Counted from the first letter of the stretch, positions 20,990 through 31,270 are shown. The stretch: 64,000 nucleotides of DNA from Mycobacteriales bacterium (GCA_030447385.1 JAUJOY010000002.1:578081-642080); one strand, 5' to 3'. Program-made: numbers and translations. The notes: generated by a model from the letters alone, not told the origin.

Positions 20990-21004
20990 CCCCCCCGCCG
21001 CCTC
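19069..21004. repeat. Direct repeat copy 2 (about 1.94 kb)
   Basis: Same as copy 1 apart from three small indels. It ends 16 bp after the shared stop codon. Confidence 0.9.
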
Positions 21005-22339
21005 GTCGTAGGTACGGAGCACCACGCGATGCTTGCCGGCACGGGTCCGCAGGATGGGCTCCGAGGTCGCCAGCTCCACCACGACCCGTGAGCCGCACCG
21101 GTCACGGAAGTAGCCCCGCAACAGCTGGGTCTCGCCCTCGGACAACTTGCCGTCCACCTCGAGCCGCACCGTGATCCGGTCAGGCGCTTCCTGCACGACC
21201 TGCCACAGGCGCACGTTCGGGCAACGCTTGAAGACAGCCCCGAAAGCGAGGGCGGACAGCTCGCGACCGTCTGGCAGCAGGATGCGGTCCCCCTGCCGCC
21301 CGGCGATCCGCTGCAGGGTCGTGCCGGGGCGCCCGCACGGACAAGCACCTTCCACTGCAGTGGCACGATCACCCACCTGGTAGCGCAGGAAGGGCAGGAC
21401 ACGGGTGTGCAGGTTCGTCACCGTGATCTCCCCTCGGCTCCCGGGGGGCAGCGTCTGCCATGATCGTCGAGCACCTCGACGATGGACAGGTTGTCGGCCA
21501 CGTGGAACCGGTCAGCGGTGCAGGTCTGCGCCAGCACCCCACCGTCGTTGCAGCCGTACTCGTCAGCGACGCGCACCCCGAACGCGGTCTCGATCTGCGT
21601 GCGCCACTCCGGCAGGAGGACCTCGAACTGGACAGGATCGCCTTGGGCGGCCGGACCCGCCGACCCTCCTTCAGGACGGCGGCTGCCATGGCCGCCAAGG
21701 TCCCGGCGTAGCCGTACCAGAGGGCGGCACGTGCGTCCGAGGCGAGTCGGGCACGGTGGAGGCTGGTGGCGTGGTCGACGTCGAGGCCGGCGGTCGTGGT
21801 GACCCTGCGCTCGAGGCGGTACCGCAGCGAGGTCTTCCAGCCGGTGCCCCCGGGGCCAGCGACTGCGGCGTGCCGACGAGCACGACGCGCTCACCGTACC
21901 GATAGCCCAGATCTTCTCGGAAGCGCAGCGCAGCGCCGTAGATCTGGCCCCAGCCGTCCTTCCCGAGCGGGTAGCGCCAGGGATCACCCGTGGTGCCGCC
22001 CGTGTGCTTGAGGATGTGGGGAATCTGCTGCCAGTCCTGGCTGAGGAACGCCGACATCGACGGGCGGATCCGGGCCTTGTCCACGACCGGCAGATCCTGC
22101 AGATCGACACTGTTGCGCCCCGCGAGCAGCTCTCGGTAGAAGGGCACGTTGCGCCGGGCATGGTCCACCACGGCAGCGAGCCGCTGCTCCTGCCACTCCG
22201 TCCGGCGCTCACCCGGCCAGGTGTCGAACTCCCGTAGCCATCGGGCGGTGCTGAGGTAGCGCGCCCCGACCGTCGGCTCGATCAGCCGGCGGGTGGTCAT
22301 GCCCAGCAGTGGGACGTACAGGTCGTCGAGGTTCAACAT
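20948..22339 (-). pseudogene. Second CapK-like adenylate-forming enzyme, three frameshifts and altered 3' end
   Basis: Homologous along its full length to the 3565-4935 product (HTGGTTGD, YGCNDGG, VTNLH..LPFLRY, CPCGR). It is spread over three frames, with switches near 21847-21851, about 21620-21635 and 21430-21433. The last 20 codons read into the 1.94-kb repeat. Confidence 0.7.
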
Positions 22340-24075
22340 CAGGCCGACCCACTGCGTCGGCCGAGAGCTCCTTGCGGAGCAGGGCGAGCTCGGGAGATCT
22401 CCACAGGACGTGAACCGCCAGGTAGGCGAGCGTCCCGACGAGTGCCGACAGCAGCAGCGACGTCACCGCCGCGATGCCGTCCCACGGAACCGCGGGCACA
22501 TGCACCGCCGCGACATATGCCGGACCGGCCATGACCGCAGAGGCGACGACCGCGCGGAGGACCGGTGGCCAGCGCGCGAGCCCCCGGGCGGAAGCCCCTT
22601 GCGAACGCTGCGCCCCAGCACGGCCGCGCCCGCCGCACTGCCCAGGGTCACCGACAGGCCTAGCACGACCAGCACAGCTGCTCCCTCGACCATGGCGAGC
22701 GCAAGGGCGATCCCGCCAGCAGCCACGATGCACTTCACCAGCATCGCGCGTAAAGGCGCCTGAGCGTCGTGTCTGGCGTACGAAGCGTAGGTGCCCACGA
22801 CGAACGAGCTCTCCGCGACGACTCCCGCGGCCAACGCGACGAGGGAGAGGGCGATGAGCTCGATGCCCTCCGGTGTCGCCATCTCGCCGAGTGCGGCTGC
22901 TCGCGCCAGGGGGAAGGCCAGCACGGCGTAGGCCACTCCGGCCGGGATCACGAAGAACATGGCGAGGGATGCGCCGCGGGCCAGCTCGTCGCGGAACTGC
23001 CCGCCAGCGTTCCGGTGGTGGGTGCGGGACAGCCGCGGCAGCATCGCCGTGGCCACCGGGCGTGCGCAGGCGGCGACGGGCAGGTGGAAGAAGCTCAGGG
23101 CCAGGTGGAAGGCGACCACGCCGCCCGGCACCCGGTTGGCGACAACGAGAACCCCCAGCACCCGCAACGAGTTGAGGCCGGCGTACCCGAGTGAGGGCAC
23201 CGCCCGCCGGAGCACCCGTCGTACCTCGGCGTCACGCCAGCCGGCGCGGGGCCGCAACAGGACGCCGACCCGTCGTGCCCCCCACCACTGCACACCCGCA
23301 TGCAGAGCGACGGAGGCAGTGGTGCCGGCACCGAGGAGGATGAGCTGACCCAAACCAACCTCCGCCACGTCTGCGCCGGTGCCGAACAGCACGGCGACCA
23401 GTGCCATCGTCGCGATGACCCCGAGGCTCTCGAACGCGGGAGCGGCGGCGGCAAGGGCGAACCTGCCGTGAGCGTTCTGCACGGCCGCGCCGGTTGCCGC
23501 GACGCCGTAGAGGACCACCTGCGGCATGAGCAGGAGGAGCAGGACCCCACCGACCCTGCGCTGGTCGGCCGCCACGGCGGCGTCGTCGACACCCACAGTG
23601 AGCACTCGCATGATCAGGGGAGCCGCCAGCATGAGGCCGGCGGTCACCGCGGTGAAGCCGAGCAGCACCACCCCCAGGAACCCCCGGCAGTCCGGGCGAG
23701 GGCACCCGCGTCGCCATCGTCCACGTGTCGAACGAGCGAGGGGACGAGCAGGGAGGTGAACAGCGCACCGGTCAGGAACTCGTAGGTCAGGTTGGGCACC
23801 AGGTTCGCGGCCTGGAAGACGTTGCCGAAATAGGTCGGCCCCAGGACGGCCGCAACCGTCAGCAGCCGCAACAGGCCGACGAGGCGGCTGACCAGGGTCC
23901 AGAGCGCCACGGAGGCCGACTCGCGCGCCAGCCCGTCCGGCAGAGAGGCCTGGGCAGAGGCGGGCGCCCCCCTGGCGGGTTCGCTGCCAGCCCCAGCGCT
24001 CACCTCGACCGGAGCCGCCAGGAGAGCAGGATCCGGGCTGTGCCGGGCGTCATCGGTCGCGAAGACGCCGGCCAT
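22339..24075 (-). pseudogene. MurJ/MviN-family (MOP) flippase-like protein, at least two frameshifts
   Basis: The N-terminal LVSRLVGLLRLLTVAAVLGPTYFGNVFQAANLVPNL fits the MurJ signature. The frame changes at the C-run 23681-23685 and again around 22590-22630. The likely stop TGA overlaps the ATG at 22339. Confidence 0.6.
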
Positions 24076-24156
24076 CCGGTGTCGTCAAGCGCATCTAGGC
24101 GCCGGCCCCACGGCGCAGCGGACGACAACTGCGGGGCCTGGCTCGTGCGGCTGAGA

Positions 24157-24480
24157 TCAGGCAGTAGCAGGCGTGCGCCGACGACCAGCCACCACGAGCG
24201 CGGTGCCACCGGCCAGCGTGCCTGCACCGAGCAGGCTCAGCAGGACGATGTCCCCACCGGTGAAGGGGAGCGTGTTCGGAGTGGTCCGGCCGGAGACGGT
24301 GCCGGCCCCCTGGTTGCCGGCCCCCTGGTTGACCTGTTCGTCCTGCACCCCGCCGATCGGGGTGCAGGTCCGGGCGTAGGCTTCACAGGCAACCTCCTGG
24401 GCGGAGGCCGCGGGAACACCGGCGAAGCCGACGACACCCAGGACAACGGCACCAGTGGCGAGGCGAGCGGTACGGCGCAT
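24157..24480 (-). CDS. Small LPXTG-anchored cell-wall protein
   Basis: Signal peptide, LPFTGG motif, hydrophobic segment and RRR tail. Confidence 0.7.
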   Translation of the reverse strand: MRRTARLATGAVVLGVVGFAGVPAASAQEVACEAYARTCTPIGGVQDEQVNQGAGNQGAGTVSGRTTPNTLPFTGGDIVLLSLLGAGTLAGGTALVVAGRRRTPATA

Positions 24481-24588
24481 GAGGTTCTCCCAGATGGTTA
24501 CGTGCTGTTACGCCGCACCGTACCACTAGGGACCCGTCTGAACCGCCCGAGATGTCGGAACTTCATCACCCGACCGGGTGAACTTTGC

Positions 24589-25461
24589 TCAGTCGAGGAT
24601 GTCCGGGTTGTCCCGGCGGATCCGCTCCCAGATCGGCTGGAACTGGAACCACCCGGCGAGCTCGAACCCGACCTGCCCGCGGGTGGCCTCGGCCTCGATC
24701 GGATCGATCCGGATCGGGGCGCTGCCGAGCCCGGCAGCCGCCGAGTAGGCCATCAGCTGGGACTGGCAGGTCCGCTCGAGGGTCAGGAACCACCACGCGG
24801 CGCTGTCCACGCTCTCCCCGACGGTCAGCATCCCGTGGTTGCGCAGGATGACGGCCTTGTGCGGGCCGAGGGCGCGGCCGATCCGCGCGCCCTCCTCACT
24901 GTCGAGCACCACGCCCCGGTAGTCGGCGTAGACGCCCACGTCGTCGTAGAAGGCGCACGAGTCCTGCGTCAGGGGCTCGATCGTCATGTCCAGGCTTGAC
25001 AACGTCTTGCCGTACGGCCCGTGCGCGTGAGCGGCGGCCACCACCTCCGGACGAGCGGCGTGCACGGCGCAGTGGATGGCGACGGCAGCACCGTTGACGG
25101 CGCGGGAGCCCTCCACGACGGTCCCGGTGTGGTCCACCCGCACCAGGTCGCTGCTCCTGATCATGCTGAAGTGCATGCCGAACGGGTTCACCCAGAAGGA
25201 GTCGGGGAACTCCGGATCACGCACCGTGACGTGCCCGGCCACCCCCTCGTCCAGGCCGGCCTTGGAGAACATCCGGAACGCTGCCGCCAGCTTGGCCTTG
25301 CGGTGCGCTCGCTCCTGCTCGACGGACGCGAAGGTCTCCGGGAGGGGGAGGTAGAGGCCGGCGCCCACGGACAAGGCCATCGGGCTGCCGGTCTCGGCCT
25401 TCGTCACCAGCTCGTTCGCGTGCTGGGCAGCGACCTCGGCGGGCTGCTCGGTGATGCTCAC
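24589..25461 (-). CDS. Class II aldolase/adducin family protein
   Basis: GHVTVRD, HCAVHAARPEV and AAAHAHGPYG metal-binding His pattern. Confidence 0.75.
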   Translation of the reverse strand: MSITEQPAEVAAQHANELVTKAETGSPMALSVGAGLYLPLPETFASVEQERAHRKAKLAAAFRMFSKAGLDEGVAGHVTVRDPEFPDSFWVNPFGMHFSMIRSSDLVRVDHTGTVVEGSRAVNGAAVAIHCAVHAARPEVVAAAHAHGPYGKTLSSLDMTIEPLTQDSCAFYDDVGVYADYRGVVLDSEEGARIGRALGPHKAVILRNHGMLTVGESVDSAAWWFLTLERTCQSQLMAYSAAAGLGSAPIRIDPIEAEATRGQVGFELAGWFQFQPIWERIRRDNPDILD

Positions 25462-25547
25462 GAAGGCTCCTCCCGTGGCCGGAGCCGGCCGTGCGACCGC
25501 TTCCAGGTCCTGCCAGTGTGCCCCGGGCCGGCGCCGACGTCACCGGG

Positions 25548-26438
25548 TCAGCCCGCCTGCCGGGCTGCCTCGACGGCGGCCCGCTGGTGCGGCAGCGGGT
25601 CCTCAGGTCCGGGAACCCGCTCGGGCCACGGCAGCGGGGTGCCGCCGAACGCCGGGCACAGGGACTGGTGGTCACACCACTCGCACAGCCGGCTCGGCCG
25701 GGGCAGGAACTCCCGCCGCTGCGTGGCGCGCTCGATGGCCTCCCAGAGTGCGAGCAGCTTGCGCTCCGTGGCCCTCAGGTCGGCCTCATCGGGGGAGTAG
25801 CGCAGGATCTCCCGGTCGCCCAGGTACATCAGCTGCAGGACGCGCGGGAGCACGCCGCGGGTGCGCCACAGGACCAGCGCGTAGAACTTCATCTGGAACA
25901 GCGCCTTGCCCTCGAACATCTCCCCGGGCGCTCGACCGGTCTTGTAGTCGACGACGCGCAGGTCGCCGGACGGGGCGAGGTCCAGCCGGTCGACGATGCC
26001 GCGCAGCCGCAGCCCTCCGGCCAGGACCACCTCGACGAGCTGCTCCCGCTCGGCGGGCTCGAGCCGCGTCGGGTCCTCCAGCGTGAAGTAGCCGGCGAGC
26101 AGCTCCCGCGCTTCACCCAGCCAGGCCCTCCGCTCGGCCTCGTCGGTGAACAGCCCGGCCACCTCCGGCTCGGCCGCGACCAGCCGCTCCCACTCCGGCT
26201 GAAGCAGCGCGACCGCCGCGTCCAGCGTGCGCCCCGCGGCGGGCAGGTCGTACAGCCGCTCGAGGACCGAGTGCACCACGGTGCCGCGGGTAGCGGCGGG
26301 TGACGGAGCGGACGGCAGCCGGTCGATGGTGCGGTAGCGGAACAGCAGCGGGCAGGTCATGAAGTCGCCGGCCCGCGAGGGGGACAGGGAGCCCAGCACC
26401 GGCAGCGGCAGGTCCACGGGAGCGGTCGGTGCGGTCAT
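25548..26438 (-). CDS. RecB-family (PD-D/ExK) nuclease with C-terminal Cys cluster
   Basis: SPSRAGDFMTCPLLFRYR, VDYKTG, CEWCDHQSLC. Confidence 0.7.
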   Translation of the reverse strand: MTAPTAPVDLPLPVLGSLSPSRAGDFMTCPLLFRYRTIDRLPSAPSPAATRGTVVHSVLERLYDLPAAGRTLDAAVALLQPEWERLVAAEPEVAGLFTDEAERRAWLGEARELLAGYFTLEDPTRLEPAEREQLVEVVLAGGLRLRGIVDRLDLAPSGDLRVVDYKTGRAPGEMFEGKALFQMKFYALVLWRTRGVLPRVLQLMYLGDREILRYSPDEADLRATERKLLALWEAIERATQRREFLPRPSRLCEWCDHQSLCPAFGGTPLPWPERVPGPEDPLPHQRAAVEAARQAG

Positions 26439-26550
26439 GACGGCAGGCTAGGTCGCCCGTGCGACAGTCTCGGGCTCCCACGCCGGGCCTGGGCACGCCG
26501 GTCCCGGGGCGGCCCCGTCGAGCGGCCCCGAGAGTCGTACTGTCCGACGC

Positions 26551-27690
26551 ATGTCCTCCGGTGGGTCGCAGGCGAAGGGGCGCGTGGCCCGCCAGACCCA
26601 CGTCGGCATCCCCCCCAGCCTGGTCGAGGAGGAGCACGGCCGCGAGGCCTTCGCCGGACCGGTCAGCCACCTCTACCGGAGCCAGCCCCCGACGGCGTGG
26701 GTGGAGGTGGACGGCCCGCTGCGACCGCTCGCGCTGGACCTCAACGGGCTGACGCCGGGGGACGCCGCCGACCCCGAGGCCGGCCGGGCGCTGGTGCTGG
26801 CCAACGAGGACCTGCGGGTGGAGGTCAGCCGACTGGCTGCTCCGATGCCTTTCGCCTACCGCAACGGCGACGCCGACGAGGTCGTCTTCGTGCACCAGGG
26901 CAGCGGCGTGCTGCAGACCGACTACGGCCCGCTCGTGTTCACCGCGCAGGACTACCTCGTCCTGCCGCGGGGCACCGCCCACCGCTTCGTGCCCGCAGAG
27001 CCCTGCTTCCTCTACGTCGTCAGCTCGGTGGCGCCGGCGAGCCGCCCGGACTTCGGGCTGCTCGGACGCCACGCCGTCGTCGACCCGCGGGTGCTCGTGA
27101 CGCCCGAGCCGTACGCCGAGCCGCCCGAGGACTGGGCCGCTGACGCCGACGGGCGCTGGCGCCTCCGGGTGCGGCGGCGGGGGCAGTGGACGACGTTCCG
27201 CTACCCGCACAACCCGTTCAACGCGGTGGGCTGGGCGGGCGACCTGTCGCCGTACCGGCTCTCGGTGCGCGACATCCGCCCGGTGACGGCGCCGGGCTTC
27301 CACCTGCCGCCGAGCGTCCACACGACGTTCCGCTGCGGCGCGTTCGACATCGCCACCTTCGTGCCGCGGCCTTTCGAGACCGACCCGGAGGCACTGCGGG
27401 TGCCGTTCTTCCACGCCAACGTCGACAACGACGAGGTGATCTTCTACAGCCGCGGGCACTTCTTCAGCCGCAAGGGGATCGGGCAGGGCTGGCTGACGCT
27501 GCACCCCGCGGGGGTGCAGCACGGCCCGCAGCCGGGCGCCGCGGAGTCCGCCGCCGCGCTCGAGGGGACCAGCGAGGTGGCCGTGATGATCGAGTGCCGC
27601 GACCCGCTGACCGTGGACGACGGGGCCGCCGCGTGTGAGGACCCCGCCTACACCACCTCGTGGGCCCGCGGCCTGGGGCTGCTCGACTGA
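26551..27690 (+). CDS. Homogentisate 1,2-dioxygenase-family cupin protein
   Basis: FFHANVDNDEVIF...LTLHPAGVQHGPQPG resembles the HGD C-terminal signature. A convergent FAH-family neighbour is present. TACTGT sits 7 nt before the ATG, suggesting a leaderless transcript. Confidence 0.6.
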   Translation: MSSGGSQAKGRVARQTHVGIPPSLVEEEHGREAFAGPVSHLYRSQPPTAWVEVDGPLRPLALDLNGLTPGDAADPEAGRALVLANEDLRVEVSRLAAPMPFAYRNGDADEVVFVHQGSGVLQTDYGPLVFTAQDYLVLPRGTAHRFVPAEPCFLYVVSSVAPASRPDFGLLGRHAVVDPRVLVTPEPYAEPPEDWAADADGRWRLRVRRRGQWTTFRYPHNPFNAVGWAGDLSPYRLSVRDIRPVTAPGFHLPPSVHTTFRCGAFDIATFVPRPFETDPEALRVPFFHANVDNDEVIFYSRGHFFSRKGIGQGWLTLHPAGVQHGPQPGAAESAAALEGTSEVAVMIECRDPLTVDDGAAACEDPAYTTSWARGLGLLD

Positions 27691-27710
27691 GCGCTGCGAG
27701 CGACGGCGCC

Positions 27711-28643
27711 TCAGTGCCGCCGCACGACCCGGTTGGTCACCTCCCCGAGGCCGTCGACCCGCAGCGTCACCCGCACGTCAGGGCCGATCCAGCGGTCCAG
27801 GTCGAGGCCGCATCCGCCGCCGAACGTCCCGGAGCCCAGCACGTCCGTGGGATAGAGGTCCTCGTCCCGCGAGGCCCACGCGAGCATCTCGGCGAAGGTC
27901 CATCGCCGGCCCGCCGTGGAGCCGGTCGCCCACGCCTCCCCGTCCACGAGGACCTGCATGAGGTGCGCCTGCTCGGGCGACCACTCGTCCGGGGTCACCA
28001 GCCAGGGCCCGAGCGTGGTCGCGAAGTCCTTGCCCTTGGCCGGGCCGAGCCAGCAGGTCATCTCCTCGCGCTGCACGTCGCGCGCCGACCAGTCGTTCAT
28101 GATCGTGTAGCCGAAGACGGACCCTTCCGCCGCGCCGAGGTCCAGGTCGCGGCCGCGGCGCCCGACCACCGCGGCGACTTCGCACTCGAAGTCCATCTGC
28201 TCGGTGTACGACGGCCAGGGCACCAGGTCACCCGGCCCCACGACCGAACGTCGGTTGCCCTTGTAGAACACCGGGATGCGGTCCCAGGCCGGCGGCACAG
28301 GAGCACCCCTGCGCCGCGCACCGCGCTGCACGTGGTCGGGGAAGGTGAGGAAGTCGCGCAGCGAGTTCGGTTCCCGCAGCGGGGCCAGCAGGCGTACGTC
28401 CTCCGCGCGCAGCCAGGCCGCGCCGCCGCGCGGTGCGGACCGCACGAGCTCGGTCACCCGGGCCTGAGTCGCGGGTCCTGACTCCACCAGGTCGACCAGG
28501 TCAGGAGGCGTGATCGTGCCCTGGAGCTCCCCCCAGACGCCGACGTCGAGGACAGCGGCGCGGACGCCGCTGGAGCGCCCGTTCACCGCACCGAGCCGCG
28601 GGAGGCCGCCCCGAGGGACGGTCGTGAAGGAGCACCAGCGCAC
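27711..28643 (-). CDS. Fumarylacetoacetate hydrolase (FAH) family protein
   Basis: GTG 28643 is preceded by GGAGG. MRWCSF-type N-terminus; FECEVAAVVG, MNDWSARD, GTFGGG. Confidence 0.75.
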   Translation of the reverse strand: MRWCSFTTVPRGGLPRLGAVNGRSSGVRAAVLDVGVWGELQGTITPPDLVDLVESGPATQARVTELVRSAPRGGAAWLRAEDVRLLAPLREPNSLRDFLTFPDHVQRGARRRGAPVPPAWDRIPVFYKGNRRSVVGPGDLVPWPSYTEQMDFECEVAAVVGRRGRDLDLGAAEGSVFGYTIMNDWSARDVQREEMTCWLGPAKGKDFATTLGPWLVTPDEWSPEQAHLMQVLVDGEAWATGSTAGRRWTFAEMLAWASRDEDLYPTDVLGSGTFGGGCGLDLDRWIGPDVRVTLRVDGLGEVTNRVVRRH

Positions 28644-28707
28644 GGTCGGGAACCTCCGGGAGGAAGTGGGCGGGAGGCATCGTGGCAGAGGTGGGACGGT
28701 TGCCGTC

Positions 28708-29070
28708 GTGGAGGGAGCGCAGGTGGAGGACCCCGTGCTCGCCGCCGTGCTCTCGGCACTGGCCGGCCCCCGGACCGGGGACGCGGTGGCCGCCGTCGGC
28801 GTCGGACCGATGGTCGTGCGGTCGCTGCTGGCGGCCTCCCAGACCGAGGAGCTGGTGGACGCCGACGCCCGGGTCGTGGTCGCCGGGGCGGCGTTCGACG
28901 TCCCGACCGCCCTCCTCCGGCTGGCCCCGGGCGGGCGGCTGGTGGCGGTCGCCGCCGACGCCGGCGCGGCCGGGCGGGTGGCTGCCGCGGCCGGGCTGGA
29001 GATGCGCTCGGTGCAACCGATCGGCCGGAGGGTCGCGTGGTCGGCCATGCGTCCCGACCGTGGCGACTAG
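28708..29070 (+). CDS. Small hypothetical protein with methyltransferase-fold-like remnants
   Basis: Very high third-position GC. VGVGPM and LRLAPGGRLVAV strings. Start uncertain. Confidence 0.35.
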   Translation: MEGAQVEDPVLAAVLSALAGPRTGDAVAAVGVGPMVVRSLLAASQTEELVDADARVVVAGAAFDVPTALLRLAPGGRLVAVAADAGAAGRVAAAAGLEMRSVQPIGRRVAWSAMRPDRGD

Positions 29071-29079
29071 GTTCGGGCC

Positions 29080-30213
29080 GTGACTGCTCCGGCTCCCGAC
29101 GCCCTGCTGGGGCGCGGCAGCCTGCGGGTGGGCCGGGTGCTCGGGGTCCCGATCTTCGTCTCCCGGAGCTGGCTGCTGTTCGCCGCCTTCATCCTGATCA
29201 GCTTCGGCCCCAGCCTGGCCTCGGACTACGGCACCACCCGCGGCTACATCGCCGCCGGCGCCTTCGCCGTCCTGCTGCTGATCAGCGTGCTGCTGCACGA
29301 GATCGGCCACTGCGTCGTCGCGCGCGCCTTCGACCTGCCGGTCCGCAGCATCACGGTCACCTTCCTCGCCGGGCTCACCGAGATCACCGAGCCACCGCAG
29401 ACTCCCGCCCGCGAGTCCGCCGTCGCCGTCGTCGGGCCGCTCGTGTCCCTGCTGCTGGGCGGGCTCGGGTGGGCCAGTCTCCAGCTGTTCGAGCCGGGCT
29501 CCCTGCCGTACCTGCTGTGCGCCATCGTGGCGATCTCCAACGCCCTCGTGGCCGGCTTCAACCTGCTGCCCGGCCTGCCGCTCGACGGCGGACGGGTGCT
29601 GCGGGCCGCCATCTGGAAGGCGACCGGCGATCCGGGCCGCTCCACCCGGACCGCCGCCTGGGCCGGCCGGGTCGTGGCTGTGGTGGTGGTGCCGGGCCTG
29701 CTGCTGGGGGTCCTGCCCGCCGTCGGCCTGAGCGAGGCGAGCCTGGGCACCGTCGTGTTCACCGGGCTGATCGCGGCCTTCATCTACGCGGGCGCGACTG
29801 CGTCCCTGCAGCGGGCGCGGCTGGTCGAACGGCTGCCTCAGGTGACGATCGCCTCCCTGGCCCGCCCCGCCCTGGCCGTGCCGGCCGACCTCCCGCTCGC
29901 CGAGGCCGTACGCCGGGCGCAGGCGGCCGACGTACGCGCCGTCGTGGTGATGGACTCCAACGGCGAGCCGGAGTCGGTCGTCAGCGAGGCGGCCGTGCTC
30001 GCGACCCCGGAGGACCGCCGCCCCTGGGTGGCGGTGAGCACGGTGGCCCGCCACCTCGCCGACGGGATGGTGCTGGAGCCCTCCCTCGCCGGGGAGGCGC
30101 TCCTGGACGCGATGCGCCGGGTGCCCGCGTCGGAGTACGTCGTGCACGACCGGGCGAGCGGGGCCGTGCGCGTGCTGGCGACGGAGGACGTCGTCGCGGT
30201 CGTCACCCCGTAG
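29080..30213 (+). CDS. M50 site-2 protease family zinc metalloprotease with C-terminal CBS-like region
   Basis: HEIGHCVVA and NLLPGLPLDGGRVL motifs, with multiple TM helices. Confidence 0.8.
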   Translation: MTAPAPDALLGRGSLRVGRVLGVPIFVSRSWLLFAAFILISFGPSLASDYGTTRGYIAAGAFAVLLLISVLLHEIGHCVVARAFDLPVRSITVTFLAGLTEITEPPQTPARESAVAVVGPLVSLLLGGLGWASLQLFEPGSLPYLLCAIVAISNALVAGFNLLPGLPLDGGRVLRAAIWKATGDPGRSTRTAAWAGRVVAVVVVPGLLLGVLPAVGLSEASLGTVVFTGLIAAFIYAGATASLQRARLVERLPQVTIASLARPALAVPADLPLAEAVRRAQAADVRAVVVMDSNGEPESVVSEAAVLATPEDRRPWVAVSTVARHLADGMVLEPSLAGEALLDAMRRVPASEYVVHDRASGAVRVLATEDVVAVVTP

Positions 30214-30216
30214 CCT

Positions 30217-31128
30217 GTGCTGCTCGTGACTCCAGGAGCGGACCGGCGCCGGGGGCCGCTGCGCGCGGGCGACCAGGTGCAGCTGACCGACCCCAAGGGC
30301 CGGATGCACACGATCACCCTCGAGCCGGCGCGGCAGTTCCACACCCACAAGGGGATCCTCGAGCACGACAGCCTGCTCGGCGGCCCCGAGGGCGTCGTCG
30401 TGATGATCGGCGGAACCGCCTACCTCGCGCTGCGCCCCCTGCTCAGCGACTACGTGCTGTCGATGCCGCGTGGTGCGCAGGTGGTCTATCCGAAGGACGC
30501 CGGCTCGATCGTGCAGATGGCCGACATCTTCCCCGGCGCGCACGTCGTCGAGGCGGGCGTCGGATCGGGCGCGCTGTCGATGTCGCTGCTCAGGGCGGTG
30601 GGGGAGTCGGGGCGTCTCACGTCGTACGAGCGGCGGGCGGAGTTCGCGGAGATCGCCGTCGCCAACGTCGAGCGCTTCTTCGGCGGACCGCACCCGGCCT
30701 GGACGGTGAAGGTGGGCGACCTCGTGACGGCCCTGAACGAGACCGACGTCGACCGGGTCGTGCTCGACATGCTGGCTCCGTGGGAGGTGGTCGACGCGGT
30801 GTCCGCTGCCCTGCGGCCCGGCGGGCTGGTGTGCTGCTACCTCGCGACGACGACCCAGCTGTCGGCCACCGTGGAGACGCTGCGCTCGCACGGCACCTTC
30901 ACCGAGCCGCAGTCGTGGGAGTCGCTGGTGCGCGGCTGGCACGTCGAGGGGCTCGCCGTCCGGCCCGAGCACCGGATGGTCGGGCACACCGGCTTCCTGT
31001 GCACCGCCCGCCGGCTGGCCGACGGCGTGCAGCCACCGGTACGCCGCAGGCGGCCCAGCAAGGGAGCACCCGCAGAGCCCGGCGCCTCGCCGGAGCGGGC
31101 CGAGCCGCTGCGCCCCGAGCTGCCCTAG
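30217..31128 (+). CDS. trmI: tRNA (adenine58-N1)-methyltransferase
   Basis: [12 protein letters not shown]...FHTHKG N-domain and [14 protein letters not shown] motif. Conserved position upstream of arc. Confidence 0.85.
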   Translation: MLLVTPGADRRRGPLRAGDQVQLTDPKGRMHTITLEPARQFHTHKGILEHDSLLGGPEGVVVMIGGTAYLALRPLLSDYVLSMPRGAQVVYPKDAGSIVQMADIFPGAHVVEAGVGSGALSMSLLRAVGESGRLTSYERRAEFAEIAVANVERFFGGPHPAWTVKVGDLVTALNETDVDRVVLDMLAPWEVVDAVSAALRPGGLVCCYLATTTQLSATVETLRSHGTFTEPQSWESLVRGWHVEGLAVRPEHRMVGHTGFLCTARRLADGVQPPVRRRRPSKGAPAEPGASPERAEPLRPELP

Positions 31129-31270
31129 GGCTTCGCCGGTGCCGGCCGGGGAAGGTCGTCCCCCCGCCGCGCGACCCGCTGTTGTCCGGGTAAGGGGGGC
31201 GCGAACGGGCTCGACGTACATAGGATGCGACCAGTACGGCAGTCTCCCTCGGATCAGGGTGGTGAGGTAC

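Noticed and set aside
16505-21004. The large direct repeats (also 48274-53727) as insertion sequences or a composite transposon
   Set aside because: There is no transposase or integrase ORF, no terminal inverted repeats and no target-site duplications. The repeat ends coincide with gene features (linker array, stop codon, terminator hairpin), which favours gene conversion or segmental duplication.
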